DNA of 64,000 nt from Octopus sinensis (taxonomy: Eukaryota), in NCBI RefSeq assembly GCF_006345805.1, contig NC_043014.1, positions 26,226,001 to 26,290,000 on the forward strand, given 5' to 3'. This document shows positions 62,592-64,000 of the stretch, one piece after another. The position numbers and the translations under genes are program-made. The stretch's first letter is position 1, and every line of letters begins with the position of its first letter. The notes under the pieces were generated by a model. That model saw nothing but the letters and a program-made list of their open reading frames with translations, made no database searches and was not told where the DNA came from.

Positions 62592-64000
62592 GGTAAGAAA
62601 CCGAAATTGAAATTACATTTTATAGAAATTAAGTAATAACTTACTTAATTGCTATCAACGAGCAAAAAATTCCTATGTTGGCTATAACAACAGAATGGGA
62701 ATATATTGGGATGAATTTCACCCAGAGCTAAATCATTTCGCCAAATTAATTACGATGAGTAACACTGTTGAATGCAAGAGGCGGGTGAGTTGATTATTAT
62801 GATTTTCTTTCCAAAAGTGAAAGAAGAGCATAAATAACAGTTTTCTTATTCTTGGGACACATCTACTTACAGCGAAGTGGACACTACATTGCAAATCAGA
62901 ACAAATTCCTATTCTCACTGTTATCACGCAGTAAGTCAAACCGTTCATATCTAACAGTTAGTAAGTAGATAAGAAGCCAAGAAAGTTGATGTATTTTAAG
63001 ATAGGAGCGAGAGAGAGAGAGAGAGAGAGGGGGGGGGGAGAGAGAATATATACATATATATATACATATATATATATATGTATATATATATAAATGCATA
63101 ATGAAATAGATAATTAGATAATTGAAATGTAATCGTAACGAAATGTTTCAAGAAAGAATTACTTCGTTTTTATACCTCCCACTAAAAGAGATCTTTTCTG
63201 AGTTGGTGTTGACAGTATTCAACAAAATCATTTTAGCAAATAAATACCAGTTAATATACCCTCTTCGCAAATGCTAAACGGTATTTTGGATATACTAAAC
63301 GAGTAATTAACGAGGAAACAATAATAATGTGTCTTCACAATCTTAATTAGAAAAACCGGAAAAAGATCGTTCAGTTTTGTGGCGACACTTATCATACGCA
63401 AACGGAAAAAATAACTGTATTATTCCCAACAGAAAATGAAAAATAAGATAGAAACAATAGCTGGAAATAGTAAGATGAGAAAACTTAAGTATGAATTAAT
63501 CACATCTGAAATTAAAAGCAGTGAGTGAGAAACTCCAGTATCAGAAGAGAGAAAGTAAAAGGATTCAGTTGAAATCAGTCAACAGTTTTCAGAGATATGA
63601 GCTAACAACCAATAGAACTCGTAGAGGCTCCAACTCAGCAAAATACAGATTTATTCTGGAAAATCTAGAGTAAGAGAAAGTTTAAGTAGGATGCTGTGTG
63701 GCTACAAGAAAAAAACTAAAATAAAAATTCTTCCAGTATGCCATCAAATGTTTGCATATGAGACTGATAGGAAAAATTTAAGAGTACAAAACACCAGGAA
63801 GAAAACTGATTGCCTGATACTAGTACTAAAACTTGGCATCTAATAAGGGTTATTTTATTGATCGCAACCAGCCAGTTTTCATTGGATATACAATATACAA
63901 AGCTATCTAGTATATTGTATAGTAAATTTGTATATTATATCCCCAATGAAACAAGACTAGCAACGAAAGATAATTTCGTTCAGATGGCAAAGAACTACCG

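Overview
This is a eukaryotic, repeat-saturated, AT-rich window. The SINE and microsatellite repertoire looks like an octopus (cephalopod) genome; that assignment is an inference. The only supportable host gene feature is the first coding exon of an Rh-family ammonium transporter (61361-61520, +). The rest is transposon-derived: RTE, Tx1/L1, CR1, R4/Dong and Hero-like LINE fragments, four Tc1/mariner elements (including a DD41D derivative), a head-to-tail Helitron tandem with a decayed Rep-helicase, non-autonomous Helitrons and MITEs, several SINE families, a full-length U6 pseudogene and many microsatellites. The main unexplained signal is seven type I hammerhead ribozyme motifs from about five unrelated sequence families, all with short (near-)palindromic stem III. 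Two lie downstream of Penelope GIY-YIG endonuclease coding sequence. Four lie in two non-coding elements at 28.6-30.0 kb: a TSD-flanked tandem-plus-inverted array with a 561-bp unit, and a palindromic element with a hammerhead in each arm. One is a solo motif at 41.0 kb. These are candidate retrozyme-like or circRNA-producing elements. All folds were made by eye and none has been tested.
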